From positions 1,728,001-1,792,000 of the forward strand of contig CBDBZU010000004.1 in NCBI GenBank assembly GCA_965213625.1: 64,000 bases of DNA, written 5' to 3'. Positions 22,376 to 32,643 of the stretch are shown here, piece by piece. Under the pieces are notes generated by a model. That model did no database searches, was not told the DNA's origin, and saw nothing but the letters and a program-made list of their open reading frames with translations. The stretch comes from a bacterium (GTDB lineage: Bacteria > UBA8248). Each line of letters begins with the position of its first letter. Position 1 is the first letter of the stretch. The position numbers and the translations under genes are program-made.

Positions 22376-23148
22376 GTGCGACGACGCCGGAAACCTATTT
22401 CCGAAAGCTCGGCGAGTTTCCCCACGCCGCTTTCCTCAAAAGCGTGACGCACACCTGGGAGGCGGTCGGGCGCCTTACGGATTTCGTCCAAAAACTGGTG
22501 GATGAAGCCGACGCGCCTGCAAGCGAAGCTCCCGCCCTTCGGGTGGAGGAGGGCCTCGTGGTGAGCGAGGGGCTGCTCGTAACAGGAGAGAGCCTGAAAA
22601 TCGCCTCCGCCGGCCTGCTCATCGAGGCGGGCGTGCGGGTGGAGCCGGGCGTCGTCATCAAGGGGCCGACGGTGCTTTGTTCAGGCGCGGAAGTAAGGCA
22701 CGGGGCGTATCTCCGGGGCGGCTGCCTCATCGGGCCGGACGCCGTCGTGGGCCATGCGACCGAAGTCAAGAACAGCGCCTTTCTGAACGGCGCGCACGCG
22801 GGGCATTTCGCCTACGTGGGGGACAGCATTCTGGGCGCCGAGGCGAACCTGGGCGCGGGCGTGAAGCTCGCGAACCTCGAACTCAGGACGGAAGAAGAAA
22901 AAAGAACGGGCGTGGTGAAAAACATCGTCCTTCGCGCAGCGGGAGAGCGAATCGATACCGGACTCACGAAACTCGGCGCCGTGATTGGCGATGACGTCGA
23001 GATCGGGTGCAACACGGTGACATCTCCGGGCGTATTGCTGGGTCCCGGCTCCTGGATAGCGCCGAACGTAACCGTCTCCAAGGGAGTATATCCCGAAGGA
23101 ACGCTCATCCGCGCTCCCAAGCCGAGCGTGGGCCGACGCAGGTTTTAA
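22372..23148 (+). CDS. Stand-alone LbH hexapeptide acetyltransferase (GlmU C-terminal-like)
   Basis: GAYLRG, GHATEVKNS, GHFAYVGDSILG, NLGAG, KLGAVIGD; ATGA overlap with upstream gene. Confidence 0.8.
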   Translation: MSATTPETYFRKLGEFPHAAFLKSVTHTWEAVGRLTDFVQKLVDEADAPASEAPALRVEEGLVVSEGLLVTGESLKIASAGLLIEAGVRVEPGVVIKGPTVLCSGAEVRHGAYLRGGCLIGPDAVVGHATEVKNSAFLNGAHAGHFAYVGDSILGAEANLGAGVKLANLELRTEEEKRTGVVKNIVLRAAGERIDTGLTKLGAVIGDDVEIGCNTVTSPGVLLGPGSWIAPNVTVSKGVYPEGTLIRAPKPSVGRRRF

Positions 23149-23165
23149 CTCGAAAATATAGATCC

Positions 23166-25475
23166 GTGGACTATCTGAAAGACTTGAATCCCCAACAGAA
23201 AGAGGCGGTACTTGCGCCGCCGGGCGCGAATCTCGTGCTGGCGGGCGCGGGTTCGGGCAAGACGCGCGTGATCGTCCACCGCATACAGCGCCTGCTCGAA
23301 GAAGGTCTCGCTCCACACGGTATTCTCGCCATCACGTTCACGAACAAGGCGGCGGGCGAGATGCGGGCGCGCCTGTTCGCCTCGTTGGGCGCGGGCGCGC
23401 GGGGCATCTGGGTGGGCACCTTTCACGCCGTGTGCGCAAGGATTCTGAGAGCCGAAGCCGAAGCGGCGGGTTTGTCGCCCAGCTTCACCATTTTCTCGCG
23501 CGGGGAATGCCTAACACTCATCAAAAGGTGCCTGTCGGCGGCGAACATCAGTGAGGAGCGCTACGCGCCCCGATCGGTTCTGGAGCAGATTGGACGCCGC
23601 AAGACCTCTTTTGTAGAAGCGGATGATTCGGAATCGCCTCCGTTCAGCATCGAAGCCACGGCACGGAAAGTCGCCCCTGCCTATGAGCGCGCCCTCGGCG
23701 AGGCGGGCGCGGTGGATTTCGATGATCTGCTGGCGCGCCCCCTGCAAATGTTCCGGCGGCATCCCGACGTTCTACGGAAATACCAGGAACGCTTCGAGGA
23801 AATCCTCGTCGACGAATACCAGGACACCAACCCCGTGCAGGACGAGCTCGTGGCCCTGCTCTCGCGCGCTCACGGGCGCGTGTTCGCCGTGGGGGATGAC
23901 GATCAGGGCATCTACGGCTGGCGGGGCGCGCGGGTGGAGAACATCCTGCAATTCGAGCGCAGGTTCCCAGGCGCGCAGGTGTTTCGTCTGGAGGAGAACT
24001 ACCGCTCGAGCGGCGCGATACTCGGCGTCGCCTCGCGCATCGTGGGTGAAGCGGCGGCGCGTCACGAGAAGCGCCTTTTCACCCGGAATCCTGCGGGGGA
24101 GGCCGTCCACTATCTGGCGGCGCCGAACGCGGAAGATGAGGCGGAAGCCGTTATCAAACTCCTCATGGATGCAGGGGCGGGTGGTGCGATTCCCTGGGGA
24201 GAGGCCGCCGTCTTCTACCGCATCAACACGCAATCACGCCCCCTGGAGCAAGCGGCCCGAAGACAGGGGATTCCCTACCAGGTGGTGAAGGGTCAGCGGT
24301 TTTTCGACCGCGCCGAGGTTCAGGACCTGGCCGCTTATTTACGGCTGCTCATCCGGCCCGAGGACGGCGAGGCATTCTCGCGCATTATCAACCGCCCCCC
24401 ACGGGGGCTGGGCCCCGAGCGCCTGAGGGCGATAGCGGGCGAAGAGGCGCAGGGCGTCACGATAGCCGATGCGCGGGCCGCCCTGGACCAGGGCCGCATC
24501 CGGGGAAACGCCGCCCAAAACCTCGGGGATTTGCTCAAGTTGCTTGAGTCTCTCGCTGCCCTGAAAGCGGGACCCGCGCGCCTGATCGAAGAGATTCTCG
24601 AGCGGACGGGCTACCGCGCCTGGCTTGCGGGCGCTGCGCAGAGGAGCACGTCGCCGGAGCGCCGCCGCGCCGCCGCGCGCGCGATGGAGGGCGCCGAGGA
24701 GTTCGTCTCCGCCGCCCGCGCGTTCGAGGAGCGGGTTCAGGAGGAAGAAGGCGCATCGTCCGAATCGGATGAGTCCAAGACATTGTTCTTAGAGGAGTTG
24801 GCCTTGATGGGCGAGGCGGATGAGATGTCCGATGAAAGCGGCGCGCTCTCCTTGATGACGCTTCATGCGGCGAAGGGTCTCGAGTTCGCCGCGGTTGGAA
24901 TCGTGGGTGTGCAGGAGGGTCTGGTTCCGCACAGCCGATCCCGCGACGAGCCGGGCACGCTCGATGAGGAGAGAAGGCTCCTCTACGTGGGCGTCACGCG
25001 GGCGAAGGAGTTTTTAAGTCTCTCCTGGGCCAAGGAGCGCCGGCCCGACGGGGCGAAGGAAAGCTGGGTGTCGCACCCGAGCCGCTTTTTAAAAGGACTG
25101 GGGCCTGAACTCATAAAACGCGTGGGCGATCACGCGCCTGCGCAACGGCGCGCCCCGCGCGATTTCAGAGCGCCGCGCGATTCCACCGACTCGCGCTATG
25201 CGGAAATTTTATCCGAAGCGAAGACCGGAAATCGTCCCAAGACAAAGAGCGCGCCCGTCGTTCCCGCCGAGGCGCTCGGCCCCTTTGCGCCCGGCGCGCG
25301 CGTCAAGCACAAGAAATTCGGCATGGGCGTCATCCGCGAGCGTGAAGGAACGGGAGACCGCACCGTGGTGAGCGTGGAGTTCGAAAAGGTGGGACCCAAG
25401 AAGCTGGTTTTGAAGTACGCGCCGCTCACCCCTGCGGATGAGGACGTTGACGGGGGCGAGAACCGGGCGGTATAA
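23166..25475 (+). CDS. pcrA: UvrD/PcrA DNA helicase
   Basis: LNPQQ, AGAGSGKT, TFTNKAA, DEYQD, GDDDQ, NYRS, TLHAAKGLEF, EERRLLYVGVTRA, C-terminal Tudor-like domain; GTG start 23166. Confidence 0.9.
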   Translation: MDYLKDLNPQQKEAVLAPPGANLVLAGAGSGKTRVIVHRIQRLLEEGLAPHGILAITFTNKAAGEMRARLFASLGAGARGIWVGTFHAVCARILRAEAEAAGLSPSFTIFSRGECLTLIKRCLSAANISEERYAPRSVLEQIGRRKTSFVEADDSESPPFSIEATARKVAPAYERALGEAGAVDFDDLLARPLQMFRRHPDVLRKYQERFEEILVDEYQDTNPVQDELVALLSRAHGRVFAVGDDDQGIYGWRGARVENILQFERRFPGAQVFRLEENYRSSGAILGVASRIVGEAAARHEKRLFTRNPAGEAVHYLAAPNAEDEAEAVIKLLMDAGAGGAIPWGEAAVFYRINTQSRPLEQAARRQGIPYQVVKGQRFFDRAEVQDLAAYLRLLIRPEDGEAFSRIINRPPRGLGPERLRAIAGEEAQGVTIADARAALDQGRIRGNAAQNLGDLLKLLESLAALKAGPARLIEEILERTGYRAWLAGAAQRSTSPERRRAAARAMEGAEEFVSAARAFEERVQEEEGASSESDESKTLFLEELALMGEADEMSDESGALSLMTLHAAKGLEFAAVGIVGVQEGLVPHSRSRDEPGTLDEERRLLYVGVTRAKEFLSLSWAKERRPDGAKESWVSHPSRFLKGLGPELIKRVGDHAPAQRRAPRDFRAPRDSTDSRYAEILSEAKTGNRPKTKSAPVVPAEALGPFAPGARVKHKKFGMGVIREREGTGDRTVVSVEFEKVGPKKLVLKYAPLTPADEDVDGGENRAV

Positions 25476-25495
25476 GAGCGCAAAGGGGGAAAGAG

Positions 25496-25780
25496 ATGTC
25501 GATTTCGCGGGAAGAGGTGATTCACGTGGCCAGGCTGGCGCGGCTGAATCTCAGCGAGGATGAGATCGGGAAATTCACCGAACAACTCAGCGCCATTCTC
25601 GAACACATCGCCAAGCTGAACGAGGTGGATACCGAGGGTGTGGAGCCCACCTCGCACGTGCTCGACATCACGAACGTGTTCCGCGAGGACGAGGTAACCG
25701 AATCCCCCATCGAGAACATGGAAAAAATGGCGCCTGATTTCGCTAAGGGCCATTTCCGCGTCCCCAAGGTCATCGAGTAG
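25496..25780 (+). CDS. gatC: Asp/Glu-tRNA amidotransferase subunit C
   Basis: HVARLARL, LNEVDTEGVEPT, FRED, FRVPKVIE. Confidence 0.93.
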   Translation: MSISREEVIHVARLARLNLSEDEIGKFTEQLSAILEHIAKLNEVDTEGVEPTSHVLDITNVFREDEVTESPIENMEKMAPDFAKGHFRVPKVIE

Positions 25781-25795
25781 TTTCCCCCGAATATC

Positions 25796-27259
25796 ATGGC
25801 GTACGCCTCCCTTAAAGAATTCGTCGACGCTTTAGAGCGCGCAGGCGAGTTGCGCCGCGTCAAGGTTCCTGTGGACGTGGAACTCGAAATTACCGAGATC
25901 GCCGACCGCTCGGTGAAGAGCGGCGGCCCCGCGCTGTTGTTTGAAAAACCGGTCACCCCCGACGGGCATGAGTATGACGTTCCCGTACTCATCAACGCCT
26001 ACGCTTCCGAGGAACGGATGAAGCTGGCGCTCGGCGTCGAGAGCATGGACGCGGTGGCGGACGAGGTGGCCGAGCTTCTGGAGATCAAACCGCCCGAGGG
26101 CATCATCGAGAAGGTGAAGATGCTGCCCAAGCTCGCGCGGCTCGCGTCTTTCTCGCCCAAGTCGGTGAGCGCGGCCCCGTGCCAGGAAATCGTCGAGACC
26201 GAAAACCCGAACCTCTTCTCTATTCCCGCCATCAAGTGCTGGCCCGAGGACGCGGGACGCTACATCACATTCGGGCACATCTACTCGCGAAACCCCCGGA
26301 CGGGCAGGCGGAACGTGGGCCTCTACCGCGTGCAGTTTTTCGACGAGAAGACCGCCGGCATGCACATGCACTTACACCACGACGGGGCGCAGAACTTTCA
26401 GGAAAGCTCGAAGATGGGCGCGCGCATGGAGATGGCGATTGCGTTAGGGGGCGACCCCGTCTACGTCTACGCGGCGAGCGCGCCGCTGCCCCCCGCGATA
26501 GACGAGTTGAACCTCGCCGGTTTCCTGAGGCGAAAGAGCGCCGAGCTGGTCAAGTGCAAGACGGTGGACGTGGAGGTTCCCGCGGATTCTGACATCGTGG
26601 TGGAGGGCTACCTGAACCCCGGCGAGTTGCGCGAAGAAGGACCCTTCGGCGATCACACGGGCTGGTATTCCCTGGCGGACGATTATCCCGTCTTTCACGT
26701 CACGGCCATCACGAGGAAGCGCGCGGCCATATACCCCACCACCATTGTGGGCCGCCCGCCGATGGAGGACTACTGGCTCGGCGGGGCCACAGGGCGCATA
26801 TTCCTGCCGCTCATGAAGATGCAGCTGCCGGAAATCGTGGACGTACACATGCCGGCCGAGGGCGTGTTCCACAACATGGTGATCGTCTCGATACGCAAGT
26901 CCTACCCCTACCACGCGCGGAAGGTGATGTACGCCCTGTGGGGGATGGGGCAGATGGCGCTGGCGAAGGTGATCGTCATCGTGGATGAGGACGTGAACGT
27001 GCACGACATCAGCGAGGTCTCCTGGAAGGTGCTCGGCAGCATCGACCCGAGGCGCGACATGGTGTTCGTCGACGGCCCCGTGGATGCGCTCGAACACGCG
27101 GCGCCGCGCCTCCACGTGGGCAGCAAGGTGGGCGTGGACGGCACGCGGAAGTGGGCGTCCGAGGGTTTCGAGCGCGAATGGCCGCCCGAGATCGTGATGA
27201 CGGATGAGATTAAGGAGCGCGTCACGAGGCGTTGGGAGGAGTACGGCCTTGGCGGCTGA
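25796..27259 (+). CDS. UbiD-family decarboxylase (menaquinone futalosine pathway, MqnL-like)
   Basis: GPALLF, RNVGLYR, EGPFGDHTG, GRPPMED, VDEDV; adjacent to ubiA and menG. Confidence 0.9.
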   Translation: MAYASLKEFVDALERAGELRRVKVPVDVELEITEIADRSVKSGGPALLFEKPVTPDGHEYDVPVLINAYASEERMKLALGVESMDAVADEVAELLEIKPPEGIIEKVKMLPKLARLASFSPKSVSAAPCQEIVETENPNLFSIPAIKCWPEDAGRYITFGHIYSRNPRTGRRNVGLYRVQFFDEKTAGMHMHLHHDGAQNFQESSKMGARMEMAIALGGDPVYVYAASAPLPPAIDELNLAGFLRRKSAELVKCKTVDVEVPADSDIVVEGYLNPGELREEGPFGDHTGWYSLADDYPVFHVTAITRKRAAIYPTTIVGRPPMEDYWLGGATGRIFLPLMKMQLPEIVDVHMPAEGVFHNMVIVSIRKSYPYHARKVMYALWGMGQMALAKVIVIVDEDVNVHDISEVSWKVLGSIDPRRDMVFVDGPVDALEHAAPRLHVGSKVGVDGTRKWASEGFEREWPPEIVMTDEIKERVTRRWEEYGLGG

Positions 27260-27266
27260 GGCGTCG

Positions 27267-28127
27267 ATGGCGAGAAGTTTCCGGCAGTTCCTGCGCATGG
27301 TGAAATTCGAGCACACCATCTTCGGCCTCCCCTTCGTGCTGATGGGCGGGGTAATGGCGGCAGGCGGGATTCCCTCCGCCTGGGTCTTGTTCTGGATGGT
27401 GATGGCGGCGGTGGGCGCGCGGAATTTCGCCATGTCGCTCAACCGCTTCGCCGACAGGGACATCGACCCCAAAAACCCGAGGACGAAAGACCGCGCCGAG
27501 TTTCAGGCGCTTCTCCACTCGAAATCCATCCTCGCGATGCTGGCGGGCTTTCTGGCGCTCTTCGTACTCTCTGCCTGGATGCTGAATCCGCTCGCGTTCG
27601 CGCTTTCTTTCGCGGTGACGGCGTGCATCGTTTTTTATAGCTATTCCAAGCGCTTCACCTCCTGGACGCACCTGTTCCTGGGCTTCGTTCTGGGCGCTGC
27701 GCCTGCGGGCGCATGGGTGGCCGTGCGCGGCGATCTGGACCCGGTGGCCGTTCTGCTTTTTCTGGGCGTCACCCTCTGGGTGGGCGGGTTCGACCTCATC
27801 TACGCCTGTCTGGACGTGGATTTCGACAGTGAGGAGGACATCCACTCCCTGCCGCGTCTATTAGGCATTAAAGGCGCGCTCATTGTATCGGCGCTCGCCC
27901 ATCTGGGGACGATGGCCTGTTTCTTCGCGGCGGGTCTGGCGTTCGGATTGGGCGCGCTTTACTGGGTCGCGCTCGTGGCGGCGGGGTGTCTTCTATTCTG
28001 GGAGCACTGGATCGTGCGGCCGGACGACCTGAGCCGCGTGGATATATCGTTCTTTAATCTCAACGCCTGGGTGTCCGTGGTCATCGCATCGGGCGCGGTC
28101 GCCGACGTGCTCATCGGCGCGGGCTGA
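27267..28127 (+). CDS. UbiA-family prenyltransferase (MqnP-like)
   Basis: KFEHTIFGLPF, NRFADRDIDPKNPRT, YSYSKRF, FDLIYACLD. Confidence 0.88.
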   Translation: MARSFRQFLRMVKFEHTIFGLPFVLMGGVMAAGGIPSAWVLFWMVMAAVGARNFAMSLNRFADRDIDPKNPRTKDRAEFQALLHSKSILAMLAGFLALFVLSAWMLNPLAFALSFAVTACIVFYSYSKRFTSWTHLFLGFVLGAAPAGAWVAVRGDLDPVAVLLFLGVTLWVGGFDLIYACLDVDFDSEEDIHSLPRLLGIKGALIVSALAHLGTMACFFAAGLAFGLGALYWVALVAAGCLLFWEHWIVRPDDLSRVDISFFNLNAWVSVVIASGAVADVLIGAG

Positions 28128-28135
28128 GCGCACGC

Positions 28136-28846
28136 GTGCCGACCCGCATTGAAAAAAAAGAAGTACAGGCGATGTTCTCGGACATCGCGCCCACCTACGA
28201 CCTCTTAAACCGTCTTTTAAGTTTCGGCGTGGACCGCCTCTGGCGCAAGCGCGCCGTGGCGAACCTCCTGCAAGGTTCGGGTGGGAAAGAGGCGCGGTTC
28301 CTCGACCTGGCAACTGGCACGGCGGACGTCGCCCTGGAGGTCCACAGGCAGGCCGATAGCGGCGCGCGCATATTCGGCGTTGATTTCGCATACCCCATGC
28401 TCGCGCGCGGCAAGACGAAGGCGGCGGCGGGGGGCGCTGCGCTTTCTCTCATCCAGGGAGACGGCTTAAGTCTGCCCTTCGGGGAGGGCGCGTTCGACGG
28501 GGTGATTATCGCGTTCGGCCTGCGCAATTTCGAAGATCGCGAGGCGGGCCTGGCGGAAATGGGGCGCGTTCTGAAAGCGGGCGGCAGGATTGTGGTGCTG
28601 GAATTCGGGCATCCAGTGGGTATATTCGGGCTTTTGTACGCCTTTTACTTCCGGGTGCTCCTCCCGGTCATGGGGCGGCTCGTCTCCGCGCACCGAAGCG
28701 CGTATAATTACCTTCCAAACACGGTATACGAATTTCCCGAAGCCGAGAGGCTCTCGGCGATGATGCGCGAGGCGGGCTTTCGCGATGTGAGCCATCGCCC
28801 GATGACGGGCGGCATCGCCGAGCTTCACACCGGGGTGCGTGGATAA
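28136..28846 (+). CDS. menG: Demethylmenaquinone methyltransferase
   Basis: IAPTYDLLNRLLSFG, LDLATGTAD, IAFGLRN, RVLKAGG. Confidence 0.9.
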   Translation: MPTRIEKKEVQAMFSDIAPTYDLLNRLLSFGVDRLWRKRAVANLLQGSGGKEARFLDLATGTADVALEVHRQADSGARIFGVDFAYPMLARGKTKAAAGGAALSLIQGDGLSLPFGEGAFDGVIIAFGLRNFEDREAGLAEMGRVLKAGGRIVVLEFGHPVGIFGLLYAFYFRVLLPVMGRLVSAHRSAYNYLPNTVYEFPEAERLSAMMREAGFRDVSHRPMTGGIAELHTGVRG

Positions 28847-28881
28847 CCCGCGAACCCCGCGCTCCCGAGGGAGGGAAGGGC

Positions 28882-31257
28882 GTGACCCCTCCGCCAAAGA
28901 CGAACGCCATCGAGCAGGACGAAGCCGACATTCTGCGGCGCATCGAGAAGCGGCTCCTGTGGCTTTCCACCTACAGCGTCCATTACGCGAACAACCTGCG
29001 CGAAGGCTCCGAGAGCATAAAGATAGGCGGCCACCAGGCGAGTTCTTCCTCCATCGTGAGCCTGATGACGGCCATGTTCTTCCGCTGGCTCAAGACGGGA
29101 GACAGGCTGGCCATCAAGCCCCACGCCTCGCCCGTGCTGCACGCGGCCCACGCGCTCCGGGGTGATCTGCCGATGGAGCGCCTGCGGGACCTGCGCGCCT
29201 TCGGCGGCCTCCAGGCGTATCCCAGCCGTTCGAAAGATGAATTCCCCGTCGATTTCTCCACCGGCTCGCTCGGGCTTCCCTCGGTGGCCGCTTCGTTCGC
29301 GGCGCTCATGCAGTCCTACATCGACGGTCATTTCGGCGTTGGTCCGAGGCAGCGCTTCATCTCCCTGGTGGGGGACGCGGAACTCGATGAGGGGAACATC
29401 TGGGAGGCGCTGGCGGAGGAATACGTGGCGCATCTGGGCAACGTGATCTGGGTGGTGGACCTGAACCGACAGAGCCTCGACCGCGTCGTGCCCGACGGCA
29501 AGGCGCAGCAGATTCGCGATCAGTTCCGGCTGCACGGCTGGCACGTGGTGGAGCTCAAGTACGGAAAGCGCCTGCAAACCGCGTTCGCACTCAGGAACGG
29601 CGAGTCGCTGAGGCGGCGCATCGACGACATGTCGAACAGCGAGTACCAGATGCTCATCGGGAGAAGCGGGGGCGAGATAAGAGAGGGTCTCATGCGCGGT
29701 GAGGCGGGCGATTACAAGGGCCTGGCAGGGATTCTGGACCGCTACCCGGACGAGGAACTGCCCGCGCTCTTATCCGACTTAGGGGGCCACGACATCGAGT
29801 GCATCCTCGAAGCGTTAGAGGAGGCGGACGGCGTTCGTGACAAGCCCGTGATGATCCTCGCCTACACCATCAAGGGCTGGGGGCTTCCCATCGCGGGCGA
29901 CCCGATGAACCACTCCCAACTCCTGACCGAGGAGCAGATCGCGGAACTGCGCGATTCCGCAGGCCTGGGGGAGGGCGAGGAACTGGCGGCCCTGGCGGGA
30001 GAAAGCGCAGAGGCCCGCGCGGTCGAACGAGCGGTGGCGCGCTATGACGCCAGGGCCACCCTCGAAAGAGAAGAGGTCGTCCCCGGTTCCATACCAGAGG
30101 AAGTGGGTGCGAGCTTCGCCACAAAGTCTTCCACGCAGGAGGCTTTCGGCGCCATCATGACGCGACTTGCGCGCGAGGACGCGCTCGCGCGCCACATCGT
30201 CACCACCTCGCCCGACGTGGCGGTGAGCACGAACCTGGGCGGCTGGATCAACCGGCGCGGCGTGTATCACCCCGAGGGCAAGGCGGATTTCTTCTCTTTA
30301 CAGCAGGTGCAGCGGCTCCTCAAGTGGGAGGAGTCGCCTGCGGGCCAGCACATCGAGCTGGGAATCTCGGAGAACAATTTAATGCTCCTGCTCGCCGCCT
30401 TCGGCGTCTCGAAAGAGCTATGCGGGGTGCGCGTCTGCCCCATCGGCACGGTGTATGACACCTTCATCAGCCGCTGCTTGGACGCGCTCCGCTACGCTGT
30501 CTATAACGGCGGGCGCTTCATCGTGGTCGCGACGCCGAGCGGCACGAGCCTATCGCCAGAAGGCGGCGCGCACCAGAGCATCCTGACGCCGGCTATTTCG
30601 CTTGAGATGCCGGGGCTGGAAGCCTATGAGCCGACTTTCGCCGTCGAGGTGGAGTGGCTGCTTCTCTCGGCAATCGGCCGCGTTCTCGGGGATGCCGATT
30701 GCCCGGCGTTTTACCTTCGCCTGAGCACGAAAGCCGTCGATCAGAATCTCCTGCCCGCAGACTGGCTCGCAGACCCCTTGAAGCGCGAGGTGTTGAGAGG
30801 GAACGTACTGGGCGGCGGCTACCTGCTCCACTCGGCAAAGAACACCCCCGGCTACCGCGCGGGCGTGAACGCGGTGAACCTCTTCGTGAGCGGGGTAATG
30901 ACGCCCGAGGTCCTAGCCGCCGCACGCGCGCTTGCGGGCGAGGGCGTATACGCGAACGTGTTCGTCCTCACGAGCGCGGACAGGATATATGCGGAGCACA
31001 AAATGGCGAAAAAAGCGGGCCGCCCCTCGCGCCTCGAGATGATGGTGGGCGATGCGCACCGCGACAACCCGGTCGTCTCCGTTCTGGACGGCCACTCGCT
31101 GGCGCTCTCCTTCCTCGGCGGCGCGCTGGGCGCCGACCAGAGATGCCTGGGCACGGACCAGTTCGGCCAGAGCGGCCTTCCGCACGAGGTCTACGACGCC
31201 TTACAAATCGGACAAGCGCACATCGAGGCGGCGTGCAGGGAGGTTTTGGGGGGTTAG
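28882..31257 (+). CDS. AceE-like homodimeric 2-oxoacid dehydrogenase E1/transketolase-like ThDP enzyme
   Basis: GGHQAS, GLQAYPS, STGSLG, GDAELDE..N ThDP motif, ELGISE, EGGAHQS, FGQSG. Confidence 0.85.
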   Translation: MTPPPKTNAIEQDEADILRRIEKRLLWLSTYSVHYANNLREGSESIKIGGHQASSSSIVSLMTAMFFRWLKTGDRLAIKPHASPVLHAAHALRGDLPMERLRDLRAFGGLQAYPSRSKDEFPVDFSTGSLGLPSVAASFAALMQSYIDGHFGVGPRQRFISLVGDAELDEGNIWEALAEEYVAHLGNVIWVVDLNRQSLDRVVPDGKAQQIRDQFRLHGWHVVELKYGKRLQTAFALRNGESLRRRIDDMSNSEYQMLIGRSGGEIREGLMRGEAGDYKGLAGILDRYPDEELPALLSDLGGHDIECILEALEEADGVRDKPVMILAYTIKGWGLPIAGDPMNHSQLLTEEQIAELRDSAGLGEGEELAALAGESAEARAVERAVARYDARATLEREEVVPGSIPEEVGASFATKSSTQEAFGAIMTRLAREDALARHIVTTSPDVAVSTNLGGWINRRGVYHPEGKADFFSLQQVQRLLKWEESPAGQHIELGISENNLMLLLAAFGVSKELCGVRVCPIGTVYDTFISRCLDALRYAVYNGGRFIVVATPSGTSLSPEGGAHQSILTPAISLEMPGLEAYEPTFAVEVEWLLLSAIGRVLGDADCPAFYLRLSTKAVDQNLLPADWLADPLKREVLRGNVLGGGYLLHSAKNTPGYRAGVNAVNLFVSGVMTPEVLAAARALAGEGVYANVFVLTSADRIYAEHKMAKKAGRPSRLEMMVGDAHRDNPVVSVLDGHSLALSFLGGALGADQRCLGTDQFGQSGLPHEVYDALQIGQAHIEAACREVLGG

Positions 31258-31369
31258 AAACTCTTCACCTTTTTTGGTCTTAAGTACGACATCCATCAGA
31301 CAATCAAAAATGACGCATCCTCCACGAGCGTGGTATTCTCGCGGACTGCAAGTGTTGAAAATGGGTTTT

Positions 31370-31397
31370 GTAGGGGCGGCTCGTGAGCCGTCCCTAC
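31370..31397. repeat. GTAG-type REP palindrome
   Basis: GTAGGGGCGGCTC-GT-GAGCCGTCCCTAC; related copy at 32701-32728. Confidence 0.7.
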
Positions 31398-31399
31398 GA

Positions 31400-31656
31400 G
31401 GGATTCTTGAAAAGCCCCCTCATCGGAGTGCATCGCATCCCCCCACTGATGCGGGATGGATTGCCGGGCGACGGAGAAGAGACGGTCTTTCCGCATCAAT
31501 CGGGCTTTCACCTGTAGGGGCCGCATATATGCGGCCCATGGCGGGCGGCCCAAAAGGCCGGGTCGCATTTATGCGACCCCTACAACAGAAATGACAATGA
31601 CGCCGGAATGACGGCGGTGGTGAATTCCGAGCGAGAAGGGGATTTTCAACAACCCC
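31400..31656. mobile_element. MITE-like element (257 bp) with IS1182-type ends carrying a GTAG REP doublet
   Basis: GGGATTCTTGAAAAGCCCC / GGGGATTTTCAACAACCCC (16/19 inverted match); internal GTAGGGGCCGCATATATGCGGCCC (31514-31537) and GGGTCGCATTTATGCGACCCCTAC (31560-31583). Confidence 0.6.
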
Positions 31657-31704
31657 TACAAGGTCGTAATTTGTCGTATCGATCAGCCTTTGGGAAAAAC
31701 AGAC

Positions 31705-32643
31705 ATGAAGCCGAACATTGCTGAACGTATCAGGAAGTATCCAATGTGGTGCGGAGCAAGCTGGATTGTTTTACTCGGTATTTTGGCTTGGCTTTTTCAT
31801 AGTTGGCCGGGAGGGTTTTGGGATTGGCTGCGAGAGACGCCGAATGGTTATGAATCGGGATCGACGACGTTCCGGAATCTTGGCCTTATTGTTGCGGGAA
31901 TGATTGCTCTTCCGCTCACCCTATGGCGCATCAGGGTGGCGGATCAGCAGGCGAAGGCGGCACAGGAACAGGTGGGGACGTCGCAACAAAGTTTGCTGAA
32001 TGAGCAATACCAAAAGGGCGCAGAGATGCTCGGCAGCGAGGTTCTCTCGGTTCGCCTCGGCGGAATTTACGCCCTAGCGCGTCTGGCCCGTGAGCATCCT
32101 GAGGAATATCATGTTCAAATCATGCGTTTGCTCTGTGCTTTTGTCCGCCGCCCGTCGCCAGAAAATAGCGAAGTAACCGATGAGGATGAGGTTTGGCTAC
32201 CCTCCAAATTACGCCTTGATGTCCAGGAAATCATGAAAGAAATTGGCCAGCGAACCAATAAGCAAATCGAGGTGGAAGTAAAACAAGACGATTATAACAG
32301 GCTGGATTTGCATGGCGCAGAATTGATTCATTCGTATTTATCTGATGCGAACTTTTCCTATGCGAACCTTATGGGTGCAGTTTTGAAAGAAGCGTTACTG
32401 AAGGACGCAAATCTAACAAGAGCGGTTCTGGTTGGTGCGGATTTGACGGGTGCTATTTTGAGTGGTTCGAATCTCACAGGCGCTGAATTTTCAGTGAACG
32501 GCAAATTGCCAGCAATCGGACTGACACAAAATCAAATAGATATAGCTATTGCTGATCCGAATAACCCACCCAAGTTAGATGGTGCCCTTGACGCCAAAAC
32601 GGGTGAGCAACTGATTTGGCGCGGAAAACCCCTCAACGAATGA
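31705..32643 (+). CDS. Membrane-anchored pentapeptide-repeat protein
   Basis: Two N-terminal TM segments, LGSEVLSVRLGGIYALARLA motif, A(N/D)L.. repeats; AT-richer than neighbours. Confidence 0.85.
   Translation: MKPNIAERIRKYPMWCGASWIVLLGILAWLFHSWPGGFWDWLRETPNGYESGSTTFRNLGLIVAGMIALPLTLWRIRVADQQAKAAQEQVGTSQQSLLNEQYQKGAEMLGSEVLSVRLGGIYALARLAREHPEEYHVQIMRLLCAFVRRPSPENSEVTDEDEVWLPSKLRLDVQEIMKEIGQRTNKQIEVEVKQDDYNRLDLHGAELIHSYLSDANFSYANLMGAVLKEALLKDANLTRAVLVGADLTGAILSGSNLTGAEFSVNGKLPAIGLTQNQIDIAIADPNNPPKLDGALDAKTGEQLIWRGKPLNE

Noticed and set aside
31296-31594. Small ORFs over repeat regions (also 1341-1652, 1749-1934, 32725-32925)
   Set aside because: They are translations of REP/MITE palindromes with no RBS or protein motifs
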